A stretch of 63,986 nt of DNA, filler included, from Octopus bimaculoides (taxonomy: Eukaryota): assembly GCF_001194135.2 (NCBI RefSeq). It is 5 parts of 4 records of this genome, joined end to end, with 100 filler letters (N's around TTAATTAATTAA, not from the genome) between each part and the next. Parts side by side here need not be neighbours in the genome. Positions count along the whole stretch, not along the records: positions 17,107 to 30,893 come from NC_069008.1; positions 30,994 to 43,336 come from NC_069007.1; 3 more parts are not named here. One strand, 5' to 3'. Made by a program: the position numbers and the translations under genes. The number at the start of each line of letters is the position of its first letter. Positions within the stretch are counted from its first letter, which is position 1. The notes under the pieces are model-generated. The model worked only from the letters and a program-made list of their open reading frames with translations. It had not been told where the DNA came from and searched no databases. Below are positions 27,519-41,101 of the stretch, piece by piece.

Positions 27519-28379
27519 ATACTTGTGTGTGTGCTTGTATATATGTATATACTGTGTGTGCGCACGCGAATGTATCTATTTGTGTATTTAAGGGAGTGAG
27601 TGCGTTTTTGCAAGTGTCTGTACATATGAATATACTGTGTGTGTGTGTGTGTGCATGCGTGCGTCCTTACATTTGGCGGGACATATGGAACACGAAATAT
27701 AGAGCGACAGTTACACAAAGCACACGTGGTGTGGCGCAGTGGTCGTGCGGTCGTAGAATGACTTAGGTTATGACACGTTATGGTACCTTGTAGAGTAGAC
27801 GTGGCCTGGGCGTGGTGTCGGCGTGGAGGTCTGATTTCACATCGGTGTGTGGCGCTGGTAAGTGCGCTACGACAACATAGCCTGAAACATAAAGGATATT
27901 TAACCACGTGCAATTTAGTTTCCGCCGCCATCAATATAATTGCCTTCTACTTTCACTTTCGCTTTTGGTATGTCGACTATTCGACTATTTGACTATTTCA
28001 ACCATACTGCTCCACCGCTGCCGCCCCACTCCGCTGCTATTAAACACATACTAGTTTGTCACTTATTTGCCCCCTGGATACACATAGTCCCAAGGAGCAG
28101 TCGTAGGCACCACCACCGCCGCCGCCTCCCGCCCATGCTACCGCACCTTCGCCTTCTTGGTCATCGTCACCTAGCACCACCTTCTCTGAATAAAACCAAG
28201 AGTTCGTTCTCTTGCTGACTCCGGTTTCCTTTTCTTGTTCTTCTATTTTTCCTTGTATTTATTTTTCCTGTGCTGTGTGTTTTTGACTCTAACCTTCACC
28301 AATGCCTCCGTTGAGAACTGAACCTGTCTCCTCCACTACGCACCTTCAATCCCTCGCTACTAATATCCTTCATTGAATT

Positions 28380-28692
28380 TGACAGTGATTTCTCATTACA
28401 CACACACACACACATTCTCTCCCCCCTCTCTCATTCCTTCCCTCGCTATTTCCCTCTTTCTTTACTTCTCTGGTTCTGTTTCTCCTTTCCCCTTAACTCT
28501 TCGGTTTTCCTTCTCTCTTTCCGTCTCCTTTCTTTCCTCTCTGTCTCTCTCATTTCTTCTTTTCTTTCCCCCTCTCTCTGTCTCTCTCATTTCTTCTTTT
28601 CTTTCCCCCTCTCTCTGTCTCTCTCTACCCCTCATATTTTTCTCTCCCATTCTTTCTCTTTCATTCCTTCTCTTTCATTCCTTCTCTCTCAT

Positions 28693-28745
<53 letters not shown>

Positions 28746-28833
28746 NNNNNNNNNNNNNNNNNNNNNNNNNNNNNNNNNNNNNNNNNNNNNNNNNNNNNNN
28801 NNNNNNNNNNNTCCCTTCTCTTTCTATACCTGC

Positions 28834-28865
<32 letters not shown>

Positions 28866-29400
28866 TTCTCTCCTATAATTCCTTCACCCCCTCTAATTCT
28901 ATCACTCTCCTATATCTCTAACTTCTCTCTTCATCTCTCTCATTCTTTCTCTCTCTCTCCCTCTCACCCTCTCACTCAACTTCCATTCTCTTCCTCTCTT
29001 TCTCTCTATCTCTCTCTTTCTCTCTATCTCTCTCTTTCTCTCTATCTCTCTCTTTCCACTCTATTCCTCTCTGTCTGTCTGTCTCTCTTCTTCCTTCTCC
29101 CCATCATTCCATCCCTGTCTCCATCATTTCCCCTCCCCCCCCGTTATCACTTTCTTCCGTCTCTTTCCTTGCATCCTCTTATGTCTTCTTCCTTTTCCAT
29201 CTCTCCCCCCCTCTCTCTCTTCCCTCACAACAACAACATCAACAACACCTCGCCCGCTCATTTCCACTCCATTTAACTCAGCCCCACTCAACGCTCAACC
29301 AACGTTCCCATCCTCACTCCATCCCTCACTCACACTCCCACCTTCCACTCACCTACACCATTATCACCTGTCCACTCCCACCAGTATCCGCCATCTTCCC
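28380..29400. repeat. (CT)n/(CA)n-rich low-complexity tract
   Basis: Directly visible. Confidence 0.9.
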
Positions 29401-29599
29401 TGCAGTCACAAACGTCCAGTCATTACCTCAGTGGTCAGCACTACCAGACCCCCCCCCCCCNNNNNNNNNNNNNNNNNNNNNNNNNNNNNNNNNNNNNNNN
29501 NNNNNNNNNNNNNNNNNACGACTACTAACAGTTACTAATATCACAGCAGTAGCAGCTACTACCACCACCACCACCCCTACGCCTATGTATGCATGTATG

Positions 29600-30070
29600 T
29601 ATTTGCCAACGAAGAACACCAAGCTTGTTAGAAATAGCTGCCAAATCTCCCTCAAATCACACCTTAATCTGTATGAGCAGTGAGTGAGACCTCCAGAAGG
29701 TTTCTAGACCTGCTAGATACAGCAGCCAAATCTCCCTCAAATCACACCTTACTGTCTTGTGTATCTGTATGAGCAGTGAGTGAGACCTCCAGAAGGTTTC
29801 TAGACCTGCTAGATATAGCAGCCAAATCTCCCTCAAATCATACCTTACTTTCTCACGCATGTATGAGCCAACGAGGGGGACCTGTATATGTAAGCTAGAC
29901 CTGCTAGAAATAGCTGTCAAATTTCTTTCAGATCACCCTACTATCTTACGTTACGTATATCTATATGTATGTATGAGTCCGCGAGGGAAACATCTACATT
30001 GTTGCTAGACCTGGTAGAAACAACAGCCAAATCACCCTCAAATATATACCTTACTGTCTTATGTATGTAT
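29600..30070 (+). repeat. Tandem array of an 85-125 bp module of a dispersed repeat
   Basis: CTAGACCTGCTAGA.A.AGCAGCCAAATCTCCCTCAAATCA.ACCTTA recurs about five times. Single related modules near 31700, 34010 and 49230. Confidence 0.8.
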
Positions 30071-30072
30071 GT

Positions 30073-30552
30073 ACTGTGCTGGCTAGGACACGTCCACCGC
30101 ATGAAGGAAGGCCACATGCCAAAAGACATTCTCTACGGGGAGCTGACATCTGGAAGAAGGGCTACCGGTCGATCTCGACTGCGATACAGGGATGTTGTTA
30201 AAAGAGATTTGAAGGCCCCTGTCATCAACGCCGAGTCCTGAGAAAGGCTCACAACTGACCGGCCAACATAGAGGTACACCCTAAATGAACGCCCCAACTG
30301 AGGGGAAAATGGGTTAATGAGCACGGTAGCAGACAAGGGATCATGGCAAAAGGGGCGCAGTAACTCCAACAGACCTAGGACCGTATACAGATGTTCTTTA
30401 TGTGACAAAGACTGTCACTTGCGTATAAGTTTATTTGGCCACCAGAGACACTGCTCCAGCTGGGCGAAAACAGCCAGGATACTACACACGGTCACCTCTA
30501 ACCGAAAGAGGCCCTAATGTAATGATGATAATAATAATAATAATAATAATAA
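30073..30552 (+). mobile_element. RTE-clade LINE 3' fragment with (TAA)n tail
   Basis: WLGHVHRM..GHMPKDILYGELTSGRRATGRSRLRYRDVVKRDLK is the typical RTE C-terminus. Confidence 0.85.
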
Positions 30553-30596
30553 TGATAAATAAATAAAAATGCTTGAGCCAGTAAGAGAAACCTCAA

Positions 30597-30830
30597 AGGC
30601 GGTGAGCTGGCAGAATCATTAGCACACCGGGCGAAATGCTTAGCGGTGCTTCGTCTGCCGTTACGTTCTGAGTTCAAATTCCGCCAAGGTCGACTTTGCA
30701 TTTCATCCTTTCGGGAGTCGATAAATTAAGTACCAGTTGCATACTGGGGTCGATCGATTCGACTGGCACCATCTCCCAAAATTCTGATTTGGTCGACTTT
30801 GTCTTTCATCCTTTCGGAAGCGCGCACACA
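30597..30830 (+). mobile_element. SINE family B (GGCGGTGAGCTGGCAGAATC head; CCTTTCATCCTTTCGGGGTCGATAAA central block)
   Basis: Same element at about 31455, 42155, 42672, 45238, 47960, 48148 and 58040 (+), and at about 31990, 35930 and 37010 (-). Confidence 0.85.
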
Positions 30831-31207
30831 TGCGCACCAACACTCTCCCTCCCTCTCTCTCGCCTTTTCTCTCTCCTTTTCTCTCTCCTTTTCNNNNNNN
30901 NNNNNNNNNNNNNNNNNNNNNNNNNNNNNNNNNNNNNTTAATTAATTAANNNNNNNNNNNNNNNNNNNNNNNNNNNNNNNNNNNNNNNNNNNNAAACAAA
31001 TAATAAATGAGTATATGCATATATACGTACAAGTATGTGCATACCTACATCTGCCTGTATATATAGGTGCATATCTGGGTACAGGACGTTGCAAATAAAA
31101 CGTAGATAAAAAAATAATAATGACCAGAGTACAGAAAACACACAGGCCACATAGAGAACATTTTCCTTCATCAGCTGCCACCATTCTAACACAGGCGTTT
31201 CGAAGAG

Positions 31208-31241
<34 letters not shown>

Positions 31242-31989
31242 CCTATGTATGCAAAGACTCGGATCTATGCATATACGCCTGCAGATGTGTTGTGCACAAA
31301 TGTACATGCATATGCATCAAGTTATACAGCTGCGTCCACAAGTCAGTGTTGTACAACCAAAAACCTTCAAGTATGAAGAGGAGACAATCATACAGTGAAC
31401 TGCTGCTTCTTGTCTTTAGCCCTTTTTTATATATATTTTATTATCCACATGCGTAACGGTAGCGAGCTGGCAGAATCGTTAGTACGCCGGACAAAATGCT
31501 TTGTGGCGTTTCGTCTGTCACCACGTTCTGAGCTCAAATTCAACCGATGTCGACTTTGCCCTTCATCCTTTCGGGGTTCATGAAGACTGGGGTCGATTAC
31601 ACCGAGTACCCGCCTCCCCCAAATTTCAGGCATTGAGCCTATAATAGGAAGGGTCATTTACGTGGCTGTTTCTGTACAGCCGAGAAAAAAACAGCCAGAT
31701 CTGCTAGAAATAACAGTCACACCTACTTCAAATCACATCTCATCATTCAAAGCAAAAAGAAAAGAAAAACAAGACACACTGAATCATGTGACAATCTTAA
31801 ATACATAATGCCTGTAAATAAGACGGATTGGTCATGACTGGAATATGTAACGATCAAGTTTAACGGTTTATAAACATCGTAGGTCAGCAATTACACCGAT
31901 CATATTCAACGATAATAGGCACCAAATAAATGAGAGAAGATATTAATTAATTAATTGTTGAGGTGGTTCTTTATTTATTCTTCTTCTTC

Positions 31990-32200
31990 TTCTTTAATGC
32001 CCACGGGGCAAACAAGGACAGGCAAAGAGATTAAGTCGATTACATCGACCCCAGTGCGTAACTGGTACTTAATTTATTGACCCCGAAAGGATGAAAGGCA
32101 AAGTCGACCACGGCGGAATTTGAACTCAGAACGTAACGGCAGACGAAATACCGTTAAGCATTTCGCCTGGTATGCTAACAATTCTGCCAGCCCGCCGCCC
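31990..32200 (-). mobile_element. SINE family B
   Basis: Near-complete reverse-complement copy. Confidence 0.85.
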
Positions 32201-33475
32201 TTTATTTATATTGTTACTATCACCTTTACACTGTAAGTTACAACTGCTTTGTGTTGTTTGTGCGCACGGCTTATTTATTTTTCTATCGTTCATCTTGTAT
32301 GGTAGTTAGCTTCGTCTGTGGGTGAATTCTAGGGAGAGAAAGAGTAAGAGAATCTAGACTGATAAAAAAATAAACAGTTGTGTTGTCGCGCGATGAAAGG
32401 CCGTGCTTGAAATGAGAAAAAGAGATGCTCTCTGTCCAGTGGCCAAGGCACCAGAGAGAGACAAAACTAATTTGAGGTTGTTTATTTAATTCTTCGCAGC
32501 CAAACCAAGTCAAGCTAAACAAAGGATTTTTCCTCTGTATCAGCTTTGACCCATGTATGACTCGAAAAGGTTAAAAAGTCAGTTTACTCTCTTAAATAAA
32601 CAGGTGAAAACACTAGGCAAAGGACTTGTGGGAAAATGTGGTTTTGGTTTCAAATCATGGTTTAGGCATTTGGAAAGTATTCGTTATAAATATAATCGAT
32701 CATAAAACTATTGAATACGTATTGACCAGTAACTAAACAACATCAATAACAACATGTCACTTTATTCTTTCCTACGTCGATAATTTGTTCTGTCACTGCT
32801 TCAACATAACAATCCTAAAAATTAAATTACATAAAAAAACATTCTCTCCTAGCAACGGTCAATTCTAAATTGAATTACATGACCAAGTTGGCACAGATTT
32901 CATCTTGATCGACTAATAGTGATCCACAAGATTTCGGTAAATATAAATATGAGTTTCAATTGAGTTGTTGTTGTTGTTGTTGTTGCTGCTCTAGATGAAG
33001 GTTTTCATATTTACCTTGACTCCTTCCGGGGCCAGTGTAACTGGCACCGTTGGCTTTCTTCTTGGATAAATGCAAGTTAATGGCTGCAGGGAAAATGTAG
33101 AAAGCGGGTGTCTAGGAGAAATGGTTTTATGGGAAAGGAATAGATGTAATGTTTAGTGCAGACCCCTATGGATGGTTTGAGTAAACATGGCTGACGAAAG
33201 GAGGTGGGGGTGAGTAAGTGGGGTGTATGGCAGTTCCGAAGAATAGAAGCCACGGGAAGCAGTGGTAGAGAGGGCAGAGAGAGAAGAGATAGCAGGTTCA
33301 TAATAGAATTTGTCAATCCTATCGGTAAATATCTGTACCGTCCAGCCAATTTGAGATCTTCTACGTAAGTAATCGACTTGCTTGAAATCAAACCTTTAAT
33401 AAAAAAAAAATATGATGCGCGAGAAGATGTAGGCCTTTATACCCTTAATAAAAACGGGATGGTCAAAACTGGAAC

Positions 33476-33823
33476 GCGGGCGTTCTCAACCATTTTTTAA
33501 TCTATGGACCCCTTTGATTACTATTTTATTCTGATGGACCCCCCATAGCCATTCGATGTTGAAAAACTAGTTGTATAGAAACTTCTTTCGAAATTCCTAT
33601 TTTGTTTTTCCCGCGTCAACTTTGTGGAGGTTGAACAACGTAAAACGTTAGATAAAGAAACCTTTTCTTGCAATGCATACCAATACATACATGGAAAGCA
33701 AATTGTTTCCAGGGGCCCTTAAAATACTATTGTGGATCCTCAGTTTGCTATTTTGTTGCGTGAACCCCCAAAAGTCTTATATGGACTCTGAGGGGCCATT
33801 TGGACCCCAGCTGAGAACCACTG
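33476..33823. mobile_element. hAT-type MITE
   Basis: Left GTTCTCAAC and right CTGAGAACCACTG resemble the CAGTGGTTCTCAAC hAT TIR. Internal GGACCCC repeats. Confidence 0.55.
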
Positions 33824-34177
33824 AGGTAAAGGGTTTTTATTTCTAAAATTCCCTTCTAATAAAAGTACTACGGCAACATCTGTGAATGCAATCTATCTAG
33901 ATAAATGTCACCTATCAAGAGAACGCCTTATCTTTTGTCCACACTACAACAACATATGACGTCATCGTAACGAGTCAGCAAGACGTTTTTCACGTGGTCA
34001 CACGACATGTTAGAAATAGCAGTCATTTCTTTCTCAAATCACACGCTATTATTATAAGCAAAATGATAAATGAGATAATACAGTCCCATGTACACTTTGA
34101 AAGACAGGTTGGTCATGACTGAAATGGATGGGAGTCGATATACTTTTTTGTAGAAATAGGTGTTTGAGAATTCACTT

Positions 34178-34822
34178 GGATCTATTTTAAAACGGGGGCA
34201 CCAGTATTTTCTTAACGAAACACTTTGAAACTTGGGACACTGGTAGAACGTGTCATATAAAACATCTTTTACTCTTAGTCTTCTTAACAAAAAAAATGTA
34301 CATCGCAAGTTATTCCATGTTACAGTTGTCGTATTTCTGTAATTTCAACCAATCACTGACGTCTATTCAGCTGAATAGAGTTACTGCTGGGCGGTCATAA
34401 AAATGTTATTCCCTGTGACATATTTCATCCGGTTTAATCGTAATTTATACGCATATATTGTTTATATAATAAATTACGCTGTGCGTATCTATGTGTGTAA
34501 CAATTTTAGAGTTCGGATTCTAGAGTTAGGGTTTGTTTTAGGGTTACGGTTACGGTTAACAGTCTCGTTAGGGTTAGGGTTAGGGGATTAATACGATATA
34601 CACCGTTACAGCGCTAACTGTTTTCAACTGAATAGACGTCAGTGATTAGTAGAAATTATCGAAATAAGACAATTTTTTACATGAAATAAATTCGAATACA
34701 AAAATTTTTTTCTGTTCTATAACACAAAATAGATAAGTATACGAAGTTTGAAAGTCTTTCCGTACCAAAAACACTACATAAAACATAAATGAAAACTGGT
34801 GCCCCCGTTTTAAAATAGATCC
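34178..34822. mobile_element. MITE copy 2 (family of 14286-15036), 8-bp TSD ATTCACTT/GTTCACTT
   Basis: TIR GGATCTATTTTAAAACGGGGGCACCAGT at both ends. Both arms match copy 1. TSD matches at 7 of 8 bases. Confidence 0.9.
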
Positions 34823-35104
34823 GTTCACTTGATGCTTGGGAATCTTGGACAAGCTGTGAATATATTGCCAGGAAATTGCTGGAAGCTGCTGAGAAAGCAA
34901 GACGTTACGTTTAGTTCCAGAGAGAGAGGACGATGAGTGCAGTAAGAATGAACACTGAAAATGGTGTCGATTCCAGGCAGTGACCTGGCGCAGGACTAAT
35001 GGCTGAGTAGTCCTAAGATCGATCAGATGTGTCCTAGTGAGGATCATTTCAACCTTCTTCGGGGAATTGTCTATCCAGGACTACATTATCCAGTGTGTCA
35101 CTCC

Positions 35105-35512
35105 GTTTACTCTTTTACTTGTTTCAGTCATTTGGCTGTGGCCATACTGGAGCACCGCCTTTAGTCGAGCAAATCGACCCCGGGACTTATTCTTTGTAAG
35201 CCTAGTACTTATTCTGTCGGTCTCTTTTGCCGAACCGCTAAGTTACGGGGACGTAAACACACCAGCTTTTTACTACTTTTTTTTTTACGTGTTTCAGTTA
35301 TTTGACTGCGGCCATGCTGTAGCAACGCCTTAAACGGTTTTAGTCAAACAGATCGACCCCAGTATTTTTTTAAAGCCTAATACTTATTCTATTGGGTCCT
35401 TTTTGCCAAACCGCTATGTTACGGGGACGTAAACACACCGACACCGATTGTCAAGCAGTGGTGGTGGTAGTGCGGACAAAGACACATACAAAGACACATA
35501 CACATAAATTCA

Positions 35513-35543
<31 letters not shown>

Positions 35544-35765
35544 GTGTATGCGTGTGTGTATGTATATAATCATGTATATGTATACATGCACATATATACG
35601 ACGGGCTTCTTTCAGTTTCCGTCTAGCAAATCCACTCACAAGGCTTTGGTCGGCCCGAGGCTATAGTAAAAGACACTTGCCCAAGATGCCACGCAGTGGG
35701 ACTGAACCCGGAACAATGTGGTTGGTAAGCAAGCTACTTACCACACAGCCACTCCTACGCCTATA
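35105..35765 (-). mobile_element. SINE family A, full length with internal microsatellite and duplicated tail
   Basis: Head at about 35765, (TA/CA)n centre, tail GCGGTGCTCCAGCATGGCC present twice. Confidence 0.85.
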
Positions 35766-36975
35766 GGAGTGGCAACGCCGACTCTTTCGTAATTAGAAAA
35801 CGTTTTTTTATGATTTGAAATTGTGACAAAATATTTTGTAAGAAAAGGCTTCGTAAAACAGTAAACACGAGCGGAAACAGCGGAAAAGCTCATATCATTT
35901 GAAATATAATATCGCGTTTGAATTTAGGCACAATGGCAGCAATTTCGTTCGAAAGGGTAAATCGATTACATCGACTCCAGTGTTGAACTGGTACTTATTT
36001 TATCGACCACGAAAGGATAAATGGCAAAGCCGACTCCTTCGTAATTTGAACTCAGAACGTAAAGATGAACGAAATGCCGCTAAGCATTTTACTCGGCGTG
36101 CTAACGACTCTGCCAGCTCTCTGCTTTCTTTTGAAATATCACCTGAAATGCATCAGCACCGTAGTGATTTTTTTTTTTTTTTTTGATTTATCGTATGAAT
36201 TGTGTGGAGCATGAAATTCTGGTGAAGAGCTCAGCTGCTGGTAATTTTTTGTCTGATTGCCGTGTTTGACATCAATCATCTGATACGTCTTCGATTTACC
36301 CTTTCGAACGAATGTCGACAAGGCATTGATGTTATCATCGTCTGAAACGTAAGCTCAAAGGACATCTTAAAGGGCCAACTCTTTCATGAAGTTAATAACA
36401 ACAACAACAACAACAACATTAATAATAATAATAATAATAATAANNNNNNNNNNNNNNNNNNNNNNNNNNNNNNNNNNNNNNNNNNNNNNNNNNNNNNNNN
36501 NNNNNNNNNNNNNNNNNNNNNNNNNNNNNNNNNNNNNNNNNNNNNNNNNNNNNNNNNNNNNNNNNNNNNNNNNNNNNNNNNNNNNNNNNNNNNNNNNNNN
36601 NNNNNNNNNNNNNNNNNNNNNNNNNNNNNNNNNNNNNNNNNNNNNNNNNNNNNNNNNNNNNNNNNNNNNNNNNNNNNNNNNNNNNNNNNNNNNNNNNNNN
36701 NNNNNNNNNNNNNNNNNNNNNNNNNNNNNNNNNNNNNNNNNNNNNNNNNNNNNNNNNNNNNNNNNNNNNNNNNNNNNNNNNNNNNNNNNNNNNNNNNNNN
36801 NNNNNNNNNNNNNNNNNNNNNNNNNNNNNNNNNNNNNNNNNNNNNNNNNNNNNNNNNNNNNNNNNNNNNNNNNNNNNNNNNNNNAGTCATGATGGGTATA
36901 TTGGGCTTCGTATATTTTACCCCAGTGTCACTTTGATGGCATGCATTGCTCTCTCACTCAATAATAATAATAATA

Positions 36976-37010
<35 letters not shown>

Positions 37011-37228
37011 CCTTTCTATTATAGACACAAGGCCTGAAATTTTGGAGGAGGGGGCAAGTCGATTACATCGACCTCAGTGCTCACGTGGTACTTATTGTAT
37101 CGACTCCGAAAGGGTAAAAGGCAAATTCGACTTCGGCGGAATTTGAACACAGAACGTAAAGACGGACGAAATGCTGCTAAGCATTTTGCTAGGCGTGCTA
37201 ACGATTCTGCCAGCTCACCGTCTTAAAT

Positions 37229-39000
37229 GATGATAATAATAATAATGATAATAATAATGATAATAATAATAATAACACTTTCTTTATTCACCCCTAAGGG
37301 TTCTCGTAAAATCACTGGGAATGGTACAGGACAATACAATACAAATAAAGTGTGATAAAAACATAAACAAAATAATAACAATAAACAAAATTCTAACATC
37401 CCCAAAAGAAGTAGTCTTTTTAGGGCTACTTGTGGAAACCCCCACAAAAAACCACGATCGTCCTGATCTCTAGGACAAATGCCCTCTCCTCCTCATTAAC
37501 TTTCAATTTGGACCAGACCAGATCCCGAGCAATTTAACCAGTCCCTCCGTCCAGCGTCCCACGATGTTATTGGACAGCACGGGCCTGCCTCTCCAGGTGC
37601 CGAGCTGCAGGCCCACTGACTTGATTAATTTTTGCTCCTATCGTCGCCTCATATTCTTTTAGAGCAGTGCCAACCAGGTCTATGTGGTGCCTTCTATTCG
37701 ACACTATGACAGTGACGTCGTCTGCGCATGCCGACACAGTTCCCCCACGTCTTAGTTTGCGCGGGATGCCTCTCAACGTCACCGATCTCCGCAGTAGTGG
37801 GTCCAGAGCCAGTACATACAGAAGAGACAAGAGTGGACATGCTCGACGGAACGAGTGTATGATGTTGAATAGTTCCGACAGGTAATCATTCAACCGAACT
37901 ATCGAGCAGTTGTCGCTGTACGTTGTTGCGATCCAGCCACGGAAAACGGGACCGAAACCTGCCACCATGAAAACGGCCGCCAAGTATTGGTGTTCGACCC
38001 TATCGAAAGCTTTAGATTGATCCGAGTTGATCAGGGCCCAATCCATGCCAGCTTTTCTACGCACCCTGTCTATGATGTGTCGCATAAGGTGGAGGTTGTC
38101 GAGGATGAATCTGCTCGAAATGTTGCATGTTTGCGTATCACCAATCAGTTCCTCGACAAGCGCCAATTTTGGCCACAGTTTTGAAGTTTGTGTTCAGCAG
38201 CGTTATGGGCCTAACATTTTCTATTTTATCTCCATTCTTTAACGAATTGCCATTAAGTCAAGATAAGAGAATCCTTCCCATTTGTTCATTGTCTCTTCTC
38301 ATCCTCATAGACTTCCAGGCCATTGCGTGGATCGATGTGGAACTACAACGGCCTCAGGTCAGTTGCTCTCTGTGAGCTAAAGATTTCCGAGACGCACTCA
38401 CTGGTTCCCCTGACCAACGACGAGCCGTGCCATCGCCTTGGTGGCCACCGTCCTTTCTGAGCCGTACCACCGCTCCTCGACTCACAGAGCTAGGAATTCT
38501 CCGGTTCTACTGTCAGTTGCAGTATATATCTATTAAAAAGCCGCCAAACAAGTCTGGCATGTAAAAGTAAAGCCCATAGGGCAAACCATCCGAACCAGGC
38601 GATTTGTCCTTAGTGAAGCTCATCATCGTATCCCGTATTTCCACAGCTATTATCGGAATTTCATAACGTTCCACCCACTTGCCGAGTATCGTGGCATGCC
38701 GTCGAGGGAGGCACTGAAGTCCATCCTACGTTCCGGAATGCCATTCGTCCCAAACAGTTGGTCAAAGTGCTATTGAAATGCTACACACATACGCTCGGGA
38801 TCGAGTACCGTGTGCCCATTTTGGTCCACCAAAGACCGAATTGTGGCTTTGTTGCCACGTTGAGCCTTGCCACTCGGGCCCATCGAGCGGTTTTTTTCGT
38901 TCCTTCTTGTCTAAGAGCACGAGCCTTAGCTCTGACAATGTAACCTTCATGCTTACCGTTGAATAATTGGTCAAGCACCAATCACGCCTCTAACATGTCG
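37229..39000 (-). mobile_element. Tx1/L1-clade LINE ORF2 remnant with 3' UTR, AATAAA and (TTA)n tail
   Basis: KSPGSDGLPY, ILDNLHLMRHII, DQSKAFDRVEHQYL, RRACPLLSLLYVLALDPLL, SACADDVTV. Confidence 0.85.
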
Positions 39001-41065
39001 GTGGCAATGCCTTTCCTAAGTGCCTTTTCTAAGTCACTAGTTTTCCTTCCATTTTATTTCTTTCTATCAATAATGCCTCATTAAACCTATCTGATTCTAT
39101 TCTAATTGCCTTTCCAGGACAAACCATCATTTGTTGTTGACGACTGAACTCGTTAACACCTGCTTAATTAATTCTGTAATCCGGTCCTTGTAAGCCTCTG
39201 GGGTGGGGCAGCACCTTCCTCTCAACACATCTTCTTTTCAAATGAACTTTTAAAAAGACAAGGACTTAGCCAAAATGGAAAGTGTTCGTCTTTGGTCTTT
39301 TCTGTCTCGACCACCATACAACCTCTTTCATCATAGCCACCAGATAGAGGAAAACTGTTCAAAGGAAGACGATGGGACGAGCTACATGATGGAGTCGGAT
39401 CCGTCCGATACGTGATAACAACGTTAGAATGGATCCTTCAGTCCGTCTCCCTCGCTTGAACGGTTCTGCAAAATACCACTAAAAAATTACGCATGTACGT
39501 TTCCAAAAGGATATCACGCATTCACTGCGTTCCAGAAAGGATACAAGTGTAGCGGCATAGTTGTTCCCATCCAACAGCATTTAATCCCGTATTTTTCAGA
39601 ACACGTCTCATTGCACAAAGAACCTATTTTCACACTTTGCAACTAGTAAGTAGTCTAGGGCTATTCTCCAAACAAGTATATCGTAAGCTGTATCTTTTCT
39701 AAATCATCGATTACGCCTTACCCTAATTTATTACAATTTTGCTAACACTAACAGATTCTTTTGTAATTTTCCGTGTTGGTGACACTCTCCACTTATTTAT
39801 AACTGCATCCATCTAATCCCATTTAAATTCATTAATCCAATTCCTGAAAATTCGTTCAAATATGTATTTACTAGACATATCAGAACGAAAATCTACAGGA
39901 TAATGTGTTAAGCGGTTCAGTTGGTGGAATAACAGAAACAGTAGCTCACTGGACTATAGCCATTATTTCGTTGAAACACATTACTTGTATTTTACATCTT
40001 TCTAGGATAGATAAAATACTTGCTATATACTGTGAATTATCCTCCCCAAAATTTATGGTTTACGAATAATGTTAGAAACCCATAATTCTCTTTCTTAAAT
40101 TTGTCCTTAACATTTCTGATATTTACAGCATTAACTTCATTCGTATATTTACATAAAGTTACGTGCCTGACTTAAGGTTTAATCCTTCCGTTTCTACAAT
40201 ATTAATGATGTTCAATTTGTTGAAATGTTTGCTTAAAAGCAACATTGACAGACTAAAAACTAACGAAAAGGAACTTCGTGGATGTTTTCTTCTTTTCAAA
40301 ACAACATATCGACTGAGGAGATATTTGCTATTTTGAATGATAAAAAGGTTCATTAAGACGTTTTATCTCGATTCTCACCCTACAAGACACGTTAGCGATT
40401 GAAGATCGATGTTAATTGTAAAATCTTAGCAACGCACTTACCATTGTATTAGAATTCCTGAATAAATCAAAGACAATCAGATTATACTATCTTGTTCAAA
40501 TATAGACAATTTTGAAACCTTTTTCTTTCGGTTCCTAAAAGAATTAAAGGCTTCAATTTAATTTAAACTTTTGCCATCCTCCAACCTCACCCCCCCTATC
40601 AACAAATAACCGTCTCAAAAGAAACAAGATATATCTTACACATAACATTTCTCTGAAACATACAATTATTGTTATAATTTGTAATTTATCAGATGAAGCC
40701 AAGGCGTGTCGGATGTAGTCTCAAACATGAACCACAACTCCCACCTTGGTGTTTATCTCTAAGTACAGCATTTGGTTAGTCTAAGAACGATTCCTTCCAC
40801 TTTAGACCAATGGTCAGAGCGGCAGGTGTCACTCTCTGACAAATGCAAAGTAATAAACATTTGATGTTCATCTTGATAAATTTCTGTGCTTGTAATCATT
40901 GACACCTCTACAACAACATCATCATCATCATCATCATTATCAATATATTGAAAGAAAATGCAAGAAACAGCTTGTCCGGATTTATTCCGGTTATCCCTAT
41001 CCCACCAACTGTACCACTGATTCTGTCCCTCTTCACATGCCCCGCCTCACGTATGCTACTCAGAT

Positions 41066-41101
<36 letters not shown>

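Noticed and set aside
29640-30060. CRISPR-like repeat/spacer appearance
   Set aside because: Eukaryotic DNA, units are long and degenerate, intervening sequence is also repeated, and there are no cas genes.
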